The notes under the pieces are model-generated. The model ran no database searches and was not told where the DNA came from. It saw only the letters and a list, made by a program, of their open reading frames with translations. Of a DNA stretch of 64,000 nucleotides, positions 27,880 through 37,205 are shown one piece after another (the first letter of the stretch is position 1; every line of letters begins with the position of its first letter). Source of the DNA: an uncultured bacterium (lineage in GTDB: Bacteria; Fidelibacterota; Marinisomatia; SCGC-AAA003-L08; GCA-002704045); assembly GCA_964345035.1 (NCBI GenBank), contig CAYFPO010000003.1:73329-137328 (forward strand), in the 5' to 3' direction. The position numbers and the translations under genes are program-made.

Positions 27880-28954
27880 CGATTAAGATAATATCCACTA
27901 ATTGTACAATATCAAGTATATCAAGGGAGGAATCACCATTCATATCAGAATTTTCAATTACTTCTCCATTTAATATAGAATCAACCATTATCACAATATC
28001 CATTACATCTAAGTATCCATCACCATTCACATCACCTAATAAATTTGTTTCTCCAAATCCATCGGTCAGAACATCTAAATCTCTTACTGAACAATAGGGG
28101 ATGAATCCGTTTTCTTCAGCGTGGTCTAAGTAATTAATAATTTTATCGGTGTCTGTCAAATATTCAATGGAGAATACAGGCCATCCTGCAGGTTGATATA
28201 CTTCATTTAGGAGTTCTAATCGCTCTTCATCAGGATTATATGAATTATTCATATCTTGATTTCCATAAAAAAATATATCTTCCACTCCAATTGCATCGCA
28301 TGCAGATAGATATCTATTCACATCTGCATTGGTTACATGATTTTCCCACACAATATATTCTCCATTTTGTGGAATCATCACCATATTTTCGCCACCGTTT
28401 CCATCTAAATAATTTCTAATATTCTCCACAAAATCTATCATATAAACTGCAGCATAAGGCTCTTGTTGATCATTATTTACCTCTTCCATCCAATAGTAAT
28501 ATGCATCAATAATGTCCATATAAATCCCATCAAAACCTTGGGCAATAATGGTATCAATCCAATCAAAAATGATATTTTGCCATTCCGGATACCAAAATTT
28601 AACTTTGTAATTTCCTTCCCAATCTGGATTTTCTGCACCCAACCATTCAGGCGGATTGTTATTCCATAAATTTTGCCAATAGGAACGATATTCTTCGGCT
28701 TCACCAATTGAAATATAACTAATTGCCATCTTTCCACTATTCTTAATAAGCTGAATTTCTTCAGAAGAATATGCTGATTCGTCGTCACCCCAATAAGCAT
28801 AGTCCATCACCATTAATTCAAATGTATTGTTTTCTGATATTTCAATGGGGTCAGCAATTTGGAGTTGATATGCCCAAGACTGAATATTTTGAAGAGATTG
28901 GCAAAACCCAATACTAATTATAAACAATAAAACAGTTATTACTTTATTAATCAT
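27872..28954 (-). CDS. GH114-like (endo-alpha-1,4-polygalactosaminidase/PelA-hydrolase-type) secreted glycosidase with C-terminal dockerin-type module
   Basis: Signal peptide. YISIGEAEEYRSYW and GFDGIYMDIIDAY motifs of the GH114 TIM barrel. C-terminal GDVNGDGYLDVMDIVIMVDSIL...DMNGDSSLDILDIVQLVDIIL (nt 27875-28036). Confidence 0.7.
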   Translation of the reverse strand: MINKVITVLLFIISIGFCQSLQNIQSWAYQLQIADPIEISENNTFELMVMDYAYWGDDESAYSSEEIQLIKNSGKMAISYISIGEAEEYRSYWQNLWNNNPPEWLGAENPDWEGNYKVKFWYPEWQNIIFDWIDTIIAQGFDGIYMDIIDAYYYWMEEVNNDQQEPYAAVYMIDFVENIRNYLDGNGGENMVMIPQNGEYIVWENHVTNADVNRYLSACDAIGVEDIFFYGNQDMNNSYNPDEERLELLNEVYQPAGWPVFSIEYLTDTDKIINYLDHAEENGFIPYCSVRDLDVLTDGFGETNLLGDVNGDGYLDVMDIVIMVDSILNGEVIENSDMNGDSSLDILDIVQLVDIILIDG

Positions 28955-29040
28955 TTAAATTTATATTATTAATTTAGGTAATTACTCCCTTTTAAAAAAT
29001 CCATAATTTGTTTTTCATTCTTCATTTTTCAACTACTTTA

Positions 29041-30003
29041 TTAATATTTAAAATCTGCACAAGGGTCCTTATCATCCTTTCGATTGGTAAACCAGTAGTA
29101 TTCATGATTGGGTAGAAATTTATACCCTTCAATTTGTGGAGTTTCAAAATAATCTTCCAATTTTGAATCATCTATGTGAACTTCTTTAAATCCTAAATTT
29201 AATTGTGTCAAATTTGAATTTAAATACTCAACTCGTTCATAAATTCCCATATTATGCTCTACATGTCCACCGCCAAATATAAGGATTATCGGTCTATTTA
29301 ATTCAGCCATTTTTACAATTGAAACTGCCATTGCATCGTTCCTTGCGATCCATGTTTGGTATAATTTTTCAAAATTATCTTGAGGTACCCAGCCACAGTG
29401 GCTATCTGTAAATTTTTGTATCATTAAAGAGTTATAAACAGCATTACTAAACCCGGTTGGAGATAATTCGTTTTTTTCAATGGGAGATAATGCTTCAATC
29501 CCGCTTCTGGAGATTCTGGAAACTAATCCTGAATGTAAATCTGCACCAAATACATCCAGTTTTTTTTCCTTTGCTAATTTGATAAAAGAAAAATAAAACT
29601 GCCAATCTTCATCTTTTCGATTTTGCCACCCTAATTTTTCTCTTAGTGTAGATTCTTCTTTAACAGGATCTACTTCACCATGTCGGAAAGGTGACTTAAT
29701 CCCTCTTGTATATTTTAATAAATCACTGGTTTGATGTTGATAAAAAAATTCAAACCCAATAATGGGGTTTATCCCTTTCTCTATCAATGATTCGATTATT
29801 TTGATTTGATTTTGATGATGTTCAGCGTTGTCATGTTTTTCGCCTAAATAGATAACATCGATATTGGACATTTTATCGGTTAATTCAGAATAGCTAAGTT
29901 CTTTACCAGATGTGGAATTATATATTTTCCCAATCAAATCATCTTTTTTTTGATTTGAAAACAAAATTGAAAAAAGACCAATTAATAGAAAAACAATTTT
30001 CAT
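29041..30003 (-). CDS. ChaN-family (haem/iron-associated, Tiki/TraB superfamily) secreted protein
   Basis: 320 aa with a signal peptide. DVIYLGEKHDNAEHHQNQIKIIESL matches the ChaN N-terminal motif, and a GGGHVEH motif lies downstream. Confidence 0.65.
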   Translation of the reverse strand: MKIVFLLIGLFSILFSNQKKDDLIGKIYNSTSGKELSYSELTDKMSNIDVIYLGEKHDNAEHHQNQIKIIESLIEKGINPIIGFEFFYQHQTSDLLKYTRGIKSPFRHGEVDPVKEESTLREKLGWQNRKDEDWQFYFSFIKLAKEKKLDVFGADLHSGLVSRISRSGIEALSPIEKNELSPTGFSNAVYNSLMIQKFTDSHCGWVPQDNFEKLYQTWIARNDAMAVSIVKMAELNRPIILIFGGGHVEHNMGIYERVEYLNSNLTQLNLGFKEVHIDDSKLEDYFETPQIEGYKFLPNHEYYWFTNRKDDKDPCADFKY

Positions 30004-30410
30004 TAATCTAATATTACTCCACTCGCAGTGAACAAATGAGATAAAACTTCTATCTCTTCTCCAGCATCATTAGTTTGTGTTTCGATAGAATTGGAATATA
30101 TACCTTGAGCTAATACTTTTCTACCAAAACCATCTTTTGGCATAAAAAATCCATAATCCTTAAAGCGAACAAAAATTTCTGTATTATCAAGATCTTTAAT
30201 TGTCATCCAACATCCTTTTTTTTGACAGACATTTGTCATTTCTCCAGAAATAAGAAATTCTTTTCCTTTATTTTCTTCAGGTTGTTCAAGAATAGATTGA
30301 ATACTTGATTTATTTGTAAGCGAAATTATTTCACCATATTTTTCACCACTTTTTCCATTATTAGAACATCCAACTAATATTAATGAAAATAAGAATACTA
30401 TTTTTTTCAT
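30003..30410 (-). CDS. DUF4920 lipoprotein
   Basis: 135 aa with lipobox LILVGC and the CQKKGCWM motif characteristic of DUF4920. Start/stop overlaps with both neighbours. Confidence 0.6.
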   Translation of the reverse strand: MKKIVFLFSLILVGCSNNGKSGEKYGEIISLTNKSSIQSILEQPEENKGKEFLISGEMTNVCQKKGCWMTIKDLDNTEIFVRFKDYGFFMPKDGFGRKVLAQGIYSNSIETQTNDAGEEIEVLSHLFTASGVILD

Positions 30411-30820
30411 TTTTTACCTTTCTTCTTCCGTGTTAAATAAAAAAACATATAAAATCCTGTTACCGTATAAACCAATAGTGCAACGGATAGTAAATCATAA
30501 TAAACCCATCCATACTTACCAAATATTTCACCAGAATGCAAATCATAGATAATCCATGAAAGCGGGACCGAGTCTCTATCTTTTGAGAATTGTTGAGTTA
30601 CACCCTGTGACCTTCGCATATTGTCTAATTTATGCTGATAACTATCCGGTAAAATTAAAGTTGGAATACGAGTTTGTGAAAAAAAGTTAGTATCATGTTC
30701 ATGTATGAGAATTATCCCAGTCAATGTAATTAGGAAAAATATTATACTGGTGAATCCCATAAACCATCTCAAATTACTAAAACTATATTTATGTATTAGT
30801 CGCCAGGTTCTGTAACTCAT
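30407..30820 (-). CDS. PepSY-associated TM helix family membrane protein
   Basis: 137 aa. WRLIHKY... N-terminus, two TM helices and a DLHSGEIFG motif as in PiuB/PepSY_TM proteins. Confidence 0.55.
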   Translation of the reverse strand: MSYRTWRLIHKYSFSNLRWFMGFTSIIFFLITLTGIILIHEHDTNFFSQTRIPTLILPDSYQHKLDNMRRSQGVTQQFSKDRDSVPLSWIIYDLHSGEIFGKYGWVYYDLLSVALLVYTVTGFYMFFYLTRKKKGKK

Positions 30821-30899
30821 TTTTCCCTACTATTATATAAAATTTAAATCCTTTATAAATTTAACAAATTTAAAATCTTTAGGACGGCTGTAATTATAC

Positions 30900-33305
30900 T
30901 TATTTAACTACCAAATTTACCAATCTATTTGGCACAACTATTTCCCGAATTATTGCCATCCCGTCTAATCTCACTTTAATCTTTTCCCGTAATTTAACCT
31001 TGGAGAGCAAATCATCCTTCTCGATGGATTTTTCTACTTCAATTTCGTCACGTAATTTACCGTTTATCTGAATTGCAATTGTGACAGTGTTTTTTTCAGC
31101 CAATTCTGGATCGAATTTTGGCCAATATTCCTTAAATACTGAATCATTTTTTCCAAGGGTTGTTCTCCAGATTTCTTCAGCCAGATGTGGTGTTATAGGT
31201 GCAATTAACTTTATTAGTGTTTCTTTTGATTTTTGCATGATTGTTTTTCTGGTTGAATACCCATTTACAAATTCCATTAATCGGCTGATTGCAGTATTGA
31301 ATTTCATCTGTGATAAATCATCGGTCACATATTTAATTGTACTGTGTAAAAGTTGAATATCTTTATTTACAGTTTCATCAGTTTCCTGTAATCTACTAAT
31401 TCTCCATACTTTGTTGATAAATCTGTCAATTCCGGTAATTCCTTTATCGCTCCAGTCGCCTCCTTCATCAAATGGCCCCATAAACATCAGATATGCCCTG
31501 AATATATCAGAACCATACTTTTCAATAAATTCATCGGGAGATACGGTGTTCCCTTTGGATTTGGACATTTTAGTCCCATCTTTGGTTATAGTACCTTGAT
31601 GGTATAACTTGGAAAATGGTTCTTCGAAATGTAAAATTCCTGCATCTTTTAATGCCATCGTAACAAATCTCGCATACAGCAAATGCATGGTGGCATGCTC
31701 CGCACCTCCTACATACAAATCAACCGGCAGCCAATTCAACCTTTTCTCACTAAATGAATTTTTATGGTTATTCGCATCGACATACCGTAAAAAATACCAG
31801 GAGGAACAGACAAAAGTGTCCATAGTATCTGCGTCCCTTCTTCCAATATCTCCACAATCCGGGCATTCAGCCTGAATATATTCAGGAATTGCAGAAAGCG
31901 GGGAAATATCTTCACCATAAGATTCAGAAAATTCTACATTTTCAGGTAGATTTACAGGTAAATCTTTTTCTGGAACCGGCACAATTCCACATTTTTCACA
32001 ATGAATAACCGGAATTGGAGCACCCCAATATCGCTGCCTGCTGATGAGCCAGTCGTGAAGTCTGTACTGGGTATGACCTCCACCCCATCCAAATTCCTTT
32101 AAATGGGAATTGATCTTGCTTATAGCTTCTCTTGAAGTTAATCCATTATATTCATTAGAATTGACAAGAATACCAAAGTCAGAATAGCAAATATCATTGC
32201 CATGCAATTTACCATCTGGAGAAATAACTTCAATGATTGGAAGATCATATTTTTTTGCAAATTCAAAATCCCTTTCATCACCAGATGGCACTGCCATAAT
32301 CGCCCCTGTTCCATAAGAGATTATTACATAATCCGCTATCCAAATAGGAATTTCTGTTTTTGTAAAAGGATTTACTGCATAAGAGCCGGTAAAAACACCT
32401 GTTTTAGTCCTATCAAGTGATAATCGTTCTATTTCAGTTTTTGATTTTGCTTCCTGAATATAAGTGAGTGCAGCTTTACTGTTTTCACTCTTGATCAATG
32501 AGCTGGATAGCGGATGTTCAGGTGCTATTACCATGTATGTTGCACCGAATATTGTATCAGGTCTTGTGGTAAATACTTCAAGAAAATCGTCAGAGTTACT
32601 AATTTTAAATTCAATCTTTGCACCATCACTCCTGCCTATCCAATTCCGCTGCATATGTTTTGTTTTTTCAGGCCAATCCAGGTCATCCAAATTTTTTAGA
32701 AGTTTTTCAGCATAATCTGTTATTTTAAAGAACCATTGTTTCAAATTTCTCTTGGTAACTTCTGTGCTGCATCTATCACAATATCCTTCTTTAACCTGTT
32801 CATTGGCTAAAACAGTAGCACAATCAGGACACCAGTTAACCGGAGCTGTTTTTTGATATGCTAATCCCATTTTATATAATTTTAGGAATAACCACTGCGT
32901 CCATTTATAATAATCCGGCTCACAAGTGACTACTTCATGATCCCAATCAAACATTGCACCAATTCGTTTTAATTGTGATCTCATAATTGATATATTATTT
33001 TTAGTGCTTTCAGCAGGATGAATTCCGTGCTTAATTGCATAATTTTCAGCAGGCAAACCAAATGCATCAAACCCCTGCGGCTGAAATACATTATTTCCCT
33101 TCATTTTCATAAATCTGGCATAGGTGTCAACAGGACCGTAATTATACCAATGTCCAATATGCAATTTGTCACCAGAGGGATAACTGAACATAGTTAGACA
33201 ATAGAATTTGTTATCAGTTATTGATAAATCTGTTTTATGGGATTTCTCTTTTTCCCAAATTCCCTGCCATTTTGGCTCTATGGATTTAAAGTTGTATTTT
33301 TCCAT
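30900..33305 (-). CDS. leuS: leucine--tRNA ligase
   Basis: 801 aa. HIGH-type motif (HIGHWYNY), KMSKS, a CP1 editing domain and Zn-Cys clusters. Confidence 0.97.
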   Translation of the reverse strand: MEKYNFKSIEPKWQGIWEKEKSHKTDLSITDNKFYCLTMFSYPSGDKLHIGHWYNYGPVDTYARFMKMKGNNVFQPQGFDAFGLPAENYAIKHGIHPAESTKNNISIMRSQLKRIGAMFDWDHEVVTCEPDYYKWTQWLFLKLYKMGLAYQKTAPVNWCPDCATVLANEQVKEGYCDRCSTEVTKRNLKQWFFKITDYAEKLLKNLDDLDWPEKTKHMQRNWIGRSDGAKIEFKISNSDDFLEVFTTRPDTIFGATYMVIAPEHPLSSSLIKSENSKAALTYIQEAKSKTEIERLSLDRTKTGVFTGSYAVNPFTKTEIPIWIADYVIISYGTGAIMAVPSGDERDFEFAKKYDLPIIEVISPDGKLHGNDICYSDFGILVNSNEYNGLTSREAISKINSHLKEFGWGGGHTQYRLHDWLISRQRYWGAPIPVIHCEKCGIVPVPEKDLPVNLPENVEFSESYGEDISPLSAIPEYIQAECPDCGDIGRRDADTMDTFVCSSWYFLRYVDANNHKNSFSEKRLNWLPVDLYVGGAEHATMHLLYARFVTMALKDAGILHFEEPFSKLYHQGTITKDGTKMSKSKGNTVSPDEFIEKYGSDIFRAYLMFMGPFDEGGDWSDKGITGIDRFINKVWRISRLQETDETVNKDIQLLHSTIKYVTDDLSQMKFNTAISRLMEFVNGYSTRKTIMQKSKETLIKLIAPITPHLAEEIWRTTLGKNDSVFKEYWPKFDPELAEKNTVTIAIQINGKLRDEIEVEKSIEKDDLLSKVKLREKIKVRLDGMAIIREIVVPNRLVNLVVK

Positions 33306-33324
33306 TAATAATTAAACATTAACT

Positions 33325-33400
<76 letters not shown>

Positions 33401-33535
33401 AAAGACTCTTATTTTAGTAAAATATTCCCCATATTTATTACCCTTAAATTTATTAATTAATTTTACCTTATGGATGGATATTGTAAATATTTAGATGATC
33501 GTTATAATATCTGTAATTTCAAAAGTTGTTCGTTG

Positions 33536-33609
33536 TCGGAACGAGAGGATTTGAACCTCCGACCCCATGACCCCCAGTCATGTGCGCTACCAGACTGCGC
33601 CACGTCCCG
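33536..33609 (-). tRNA. tRNA-Pro (anticodon GGG)
   Basis: Manual cloverleaf: CGGGACG-TG-GCGC-AGTCTGGTA-GCGC-A-CATGA-CTGGGGG-TCATG-GGGTC-GGAGG-TTCAAAT-CCTCT-CGTTCCG-A. 74 nt; CCA not encoded. Confidence 0.9.
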
Positions 33610-33688
33610 TTCAATTTGATGTTTTATCCGGTATGTGTTGATATAAAATTAGATATATTTCTTAACATTATACACTTCGTTTATTTCA

Positions 33689-34111
33689 TTAATTGACTAC
33701 AAAATATCCGGTCATTGTTAATATTGTTACGATGCATGCACTTATACATAATCCAATAAAAATTGCGATAAACGAAACTTTTTTAGACAATCCAAAGATA
33801 TAAGCTGCAACACAGCCTGTCCATGCTCCGGTCACAGGTAATGGGATTCCTACAAACACCACTAATCCCCAGAATTCAATTTTTTCTATAATTCTTCCTT
33901 TTTTTCTGGTTCTTGCAAAAAGCCAGTTGAAAAATCGATCCCATACATTCCATCGTCTTAATAAATTTGACACAGGTTCAATTAAAAACAATATAGGTAT
34001 TGTAATTAAAAAATTACCAAATACAGCAAATAAAACGGCATGATACCAGGGGATATTTTGTATCAATATAGCCCAGGGGATTGCGGCTCTGAGCTCAGTT
34101 ATTGGGAGCAT
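33689..34111 (-). CDS. small multidrug-export-like membrane protein (COG2426 family)
   Basis: 140 aa, 4 TM helices. ELRAAIPWAI N-terminus typical of the family. Confidence 0.6.
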   Translation of the reverse strand: MLPITELRAAIPWAILIQNIPWYHAVLFAVFGNFLITIPILFLIEPVSNLLRRWNVWDRFFNWLFARTRKKGRIIEKIEFWGLVVFVGIPLPVTGAWTGCVAAYIFGLSKKVSFIAIFIGLCISACIVTILTMTGYFVVN

Positions 34112-34182
34112 TGCAAGAAAGAAAGGAACCCATACAGTATTAGAGAAATATACGCTGAAAATTTCACTGATCTGCCTACTGT

Positions 34183-34842
34183 CTACCAGAATATACTCCT
34201 AACAATTAAGGATATAAATTGCAGTGTGTCTGAAAGATGTTTAATATGACTTCCTTCGTCATTATAGATAGTAGGGATATTTATTTGTGCAAATGTACCA
34301 CCATTACACAAAATTTTCATCAATACTTCAGACTCAAAATGAAATCCCTTCTCATTGAAATCATATTTTGAAATAGATTTCAATTTATACCGCCTATAGC
34401 CGCATTGTGAGTCTGAAATAATTTTCCCACATCGTAATGAAAGGATAAATGACGTGATAAAATTTGATATCCTACGGTGAAATGGCATTCCATCTGAGAA
34501 ATTTCTATTTCCGGATACGATATCAATTGACTGATCTAATTGAATAAATTCCTGGATACAGCTTGGATCGTGCTGACCATCTGAATCAATAGTAATTGCA
34601 GAAGTATAATTGTTCTCAATGGCGTATTTAAAACCACGCATTAAACTGAATCCCTTACCGTAATTAGTTTGATTTTTTAGCACTACAGCACCTAAACAAT
34701 CTATAGAAATTGGCACCTCAGATCCATCATCAATAATAATTATATTTGGTATTTGTTGAATTACATCCTCAATGAGTGAGTTGAATCTATTGTTTGGATT
34801 ATAGGCAGGGATGACAACAACAATATTTTCCATTGATTTCAT
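34183..34842 (-). CDS. family 2 glycosyltransferase
   Basis: 219 aa. VVIPAYNP...IIIIDDGS...DSDGQHD motifs of a GT-A fold. Confidence 0.85.
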   Translation of the reverse strand: MKSMENIVVVIPAYNPNNRFNSLIEDVIQQIPNIIIIDDGSEVPISIDCLGAVVLKNQTNYGKGFSLMRGFKYAIENNYTSAITIDSDGQHDPSCIQEFIQLDQSIDIVSGNRNFSDGMPFHRRISNFITSFILSLRCGKIISDSQCGYRRYKLKSISKYDFNEKGFHFESEVLMKILCNGGTFAQINIPTIYNDEGSHIKHLSDTLQFISLIVRSIFW

Positions 34843-34892
34843 GGCTTAACGTGAACAGAATTAATATTAGCCGGGAATTGTTAAAATTAAAT

Positions 34893-35252
34893 TTATTTAC
34901 AACGATCAATTAAATCTTGAATTGAATCCAATTCAGATTTAATCCGTTTAAATCGTTTGATTTTAGCACTGTTATCTGATTGTGGTGGAGATTGTGCAGC
35001 CTTTTGATCCTGATGGTCACTTTTTAAGAATTGGCGGGCACCGTTGATTGTAAATTTTTGATTATACAATAAATCTTTTATTTTTAATATAAAATCAATG
35101 TCTGATTTCCTATAAGTTCTATTTCCTGCTTTATTTTTAGGAGGATTTAATTGAGAAAATTCCGTTTCCCAATATCGCAGTACATATTGTTTTAAATCGG
35201 CCAATTTGCTGACCTCACTAATTGAATAATATAATTTTTTTATTTCTTTCAT
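34893..35252 (-). CDS. MerR-family transcriptional regulator
   Basis: 119 aa. YSISEVSKLADLKQYVLRYWETEF...RTYRKSDIDFILKIKDLL is a MerR wHTH. Confidence 0.85.
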   Translation of the reverse strand: MKEIKKLYYSISEVSKLADLKQYVLRYWETEFSQLNPPKNKAGNRTYRKSDIDFILKIKDLLYNQKFTINGARQFLKSDHQDQKAAQSPPQSDNSAKIKRFKRIKSELDSIQDLIDRCK

Positions 35253-35312
35253 TTGTTTTTTGAACTGATTATTAGTTAAAGTAACACTTTATTTTAATAA
35301 TATTAGTTGATA

Positions 35313-36113
35313 TTAAACCAGCTCTTTTACGCATATAGTTGCATTAGAACAAAATTGTATTATTTTACTGAAGAATGTATCTATTGAATTTTGCTCATTA
35401 ATAAGAGTTTCAATTGATTTCAGTGTAGTTGTTCCAAATATTTGAAATCTGTAAATTATTCTATTATTATTAATATGATTATTACTACAGAATGGCCGCT
35501 GCATAAAGATGTTGTCAAAACCTGATTCAAATATTAAATCCAGAATCCAGGGATTATAGGTATTGAATGGAATACAATAGGAATGAATTTCTTTATCTAA
35601 TTTATCTTCAAGTGTATATTTTGCGGTCAATATATCATTTTTTATTTCGTCTGATGTCATAGATGAATACGGATGATGATAGAATCCATGACATCCTACC
35701 TCCCAACCATAATCTACCAATTCTTTTAGCTGTTCCAGGTTTAAATGTGTTAAAGAATTTAGTAATATATTATAGTCCCAGGAATTAGTTTTTCCAATAT
35801 ATGCAGTAACAGGAAATACAATTCCTTTCATACCATAATTTTCCATCAATGGAAATACTTCAGTAAAAACAGATTCATATCCATCATCAAATGTAATGTA
35901 AATAGAATTTCCTTTGATTGGTTGATTGGTAGTGATCGGACATTTATTTAAATCAGAAATTAAATCCAGGATAGTTGCAAATCTTTTGGGGTTTAGGTGA
36001 TTTAATCCCGGCATCATCTTTGGTGAGATATTGTGAAAGGAGAAAGCTAACGGGTGATCAATTGGGGAGGACATCCTCAATTGAATGATATTCCAAATTA
36101 AATGTGTCTGCAA
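35313..36113 (-). CDS. polysaccharide deacetylase (CE4) family protein
   Basis: ITFDDGYESV, HGFYHHP motifs. The listed start overlaps the ald 3' end by 56 nt, so the true start may be an internal Met (36074 or 36017). Confidence 0.8.
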   Translation of the reverse strand: MQTHLIWNIIQLRMSSPIDHPLAFSFHNISPKMMPGLNHLNPKRFATILDLISDLNKCPITTNQPIKGNSIYITFDDGYESVFTEVFPLMENYGMKGIVFPVTAYIGKTNSWDYNILLNSLTHLNLEQLKELVDYGWEVGCHGFYHHPYSSMTSDEIKNDILTAKYTLEDKLDKEIHSYCIPFNTYNPWILDLIFESGFDNIFMQRPFCSNNHINNNRIIYRFQIFGTTTLKSIETLINEQNSIDTFFSKIIQFCSNATICVKELV

Positions 36114-37176
36114 CTCCTTTGTGTGTCACTTTACCTTTATAAAGATTTAGACCTTTTTGCAGCTCGATATCCGTTTTAATTATTTTATCAAATCCATGAA
36201 TTGCAATTTTTTCAACATATGGATACGTGACATTTGCCAATGCAATAGTTGAGGTATACGGAACAGCTCCCGGCATATTAGCTACACAGTAGTGCATAAT
36301 TCCATCTATTTCAAAAATAGGATTTTTGTGGGTTGTAGGTTTGGATGTTTCAACGCACCCGCCCTGATCAACAGCAACATCAACAATAACAGCACCGCGG
36401 GGCATTAATTTCAGCATGCTTCTGGTTACTAAATTTGGTGCTTTCGCACCAACAATCAACACAGCTCCTATCAAAAGATCTGTTTTTGGCAATAATTCTC
36501 TGATATTATGTTCATGTGAATACATTGTGAATACATTGGAAGGCATAATATCATCAAGATATTTCAATCTTTCAGGGCTTATATCCAAAATATATACCTT
36601 AGCACCAATACCAGCGGCAAGCTTTGCTGCATTCATCCCTACAATGCCGCCACCTAAAATTGTAATAGTTGCAGGCTCAACACCCGGGACACCGCTTAAT
36701 AATAATCCTTTGCCTCCCATATTAGATTCCAAAGCCTTTGCACCATTTTGAATTGCCATTCTGCCTGCTACCTCACTCATTGGTACAAGTAATGGTAATT
36801 CACCATTTTGAACCTGGACTGTCTCATACGCAAGAGCTATTCCTCCAGTATCAATAAATTTAGTTGTAAGGTTTTCATCGGCGGCAAAATGAAAATATGT
36901 GAATACAACTTGATTCAATCGGATTTTTTTTAATTCAACTTCCTGTGGTTCTTTTACTTTAACGATAATTTCAGAACGTTCATATATTTCATCTGGTGAA
37001 CTGATTATTTCAGCTCCAGCGTCTATATAAGCTTTATCTGTGAAACCACTTCGTATACCAGCATCTTTTTCAACTAAAACGGTTGCTCCCAATCTGGTTA
37101 AGCTTTGTACACCAAATGGAATCATAGATACACGATTCTCATCTGATTTAATTTCCCTTGGAATTCCAATAATCAT
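36058..37176 (-). CDS. ald: alanine dehydrogenase
   Basis: 372 aa. MIIGIPREIKSDENRV, Rossmann motif ILGGGIVGMNAA. Confidence 0.93.
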   Translation of the reverse strand: MIIGIPREIKSDENRVSMIPFGVQSLTRLGATVLVEKDAGIRSGFTDKAYIDAGAEIISSPDEIYERSEIIVKVKEPQEVELKKIRLNQVVFTYFHFAADENLTTKFIDTGGIALAYETVQVQNGELPLLVPMSEVAGRMAIQNGAKALESNMGGKGLLLSGVPGVEPATITILGGGIVGMNAAKLAAGIGAKVYILDISPERLKYLDDIMPSNVFTMYSHEHNIRELLPKTDLLIGAVLIVGAKAPNLVTRSMLKLMPRGAVIVDVAVDQGGCVETSKPTTHKNPIFEIDGIMHYCVANMPGAVPYTSTIALANVTYPYVEKIAIHGFDKIIKTDIELQKGLNLYKGKVTHKGVADTFNLEYHSIEDVLPN

Positions 37177-37205
37177 ATTGAAAATAAGATTATTTTATTA
37201 AACTA

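Noticed and set aside
36058-36113. 56-nt overlap between ald and the deacetylase gene, and 50-nt overlap between the acyl-CoA ligase gene and purM (50485-50534), considered as programmed frameshift or fusion sites
   Set aside because: In both cases the downstream gene has plausible internal starts (Met at 36074 or 36017; TTG at 50498 giving MTTYKEAGVD) that remove most of the overlap. There are no slippery heptamers or in-frame domain continuity.
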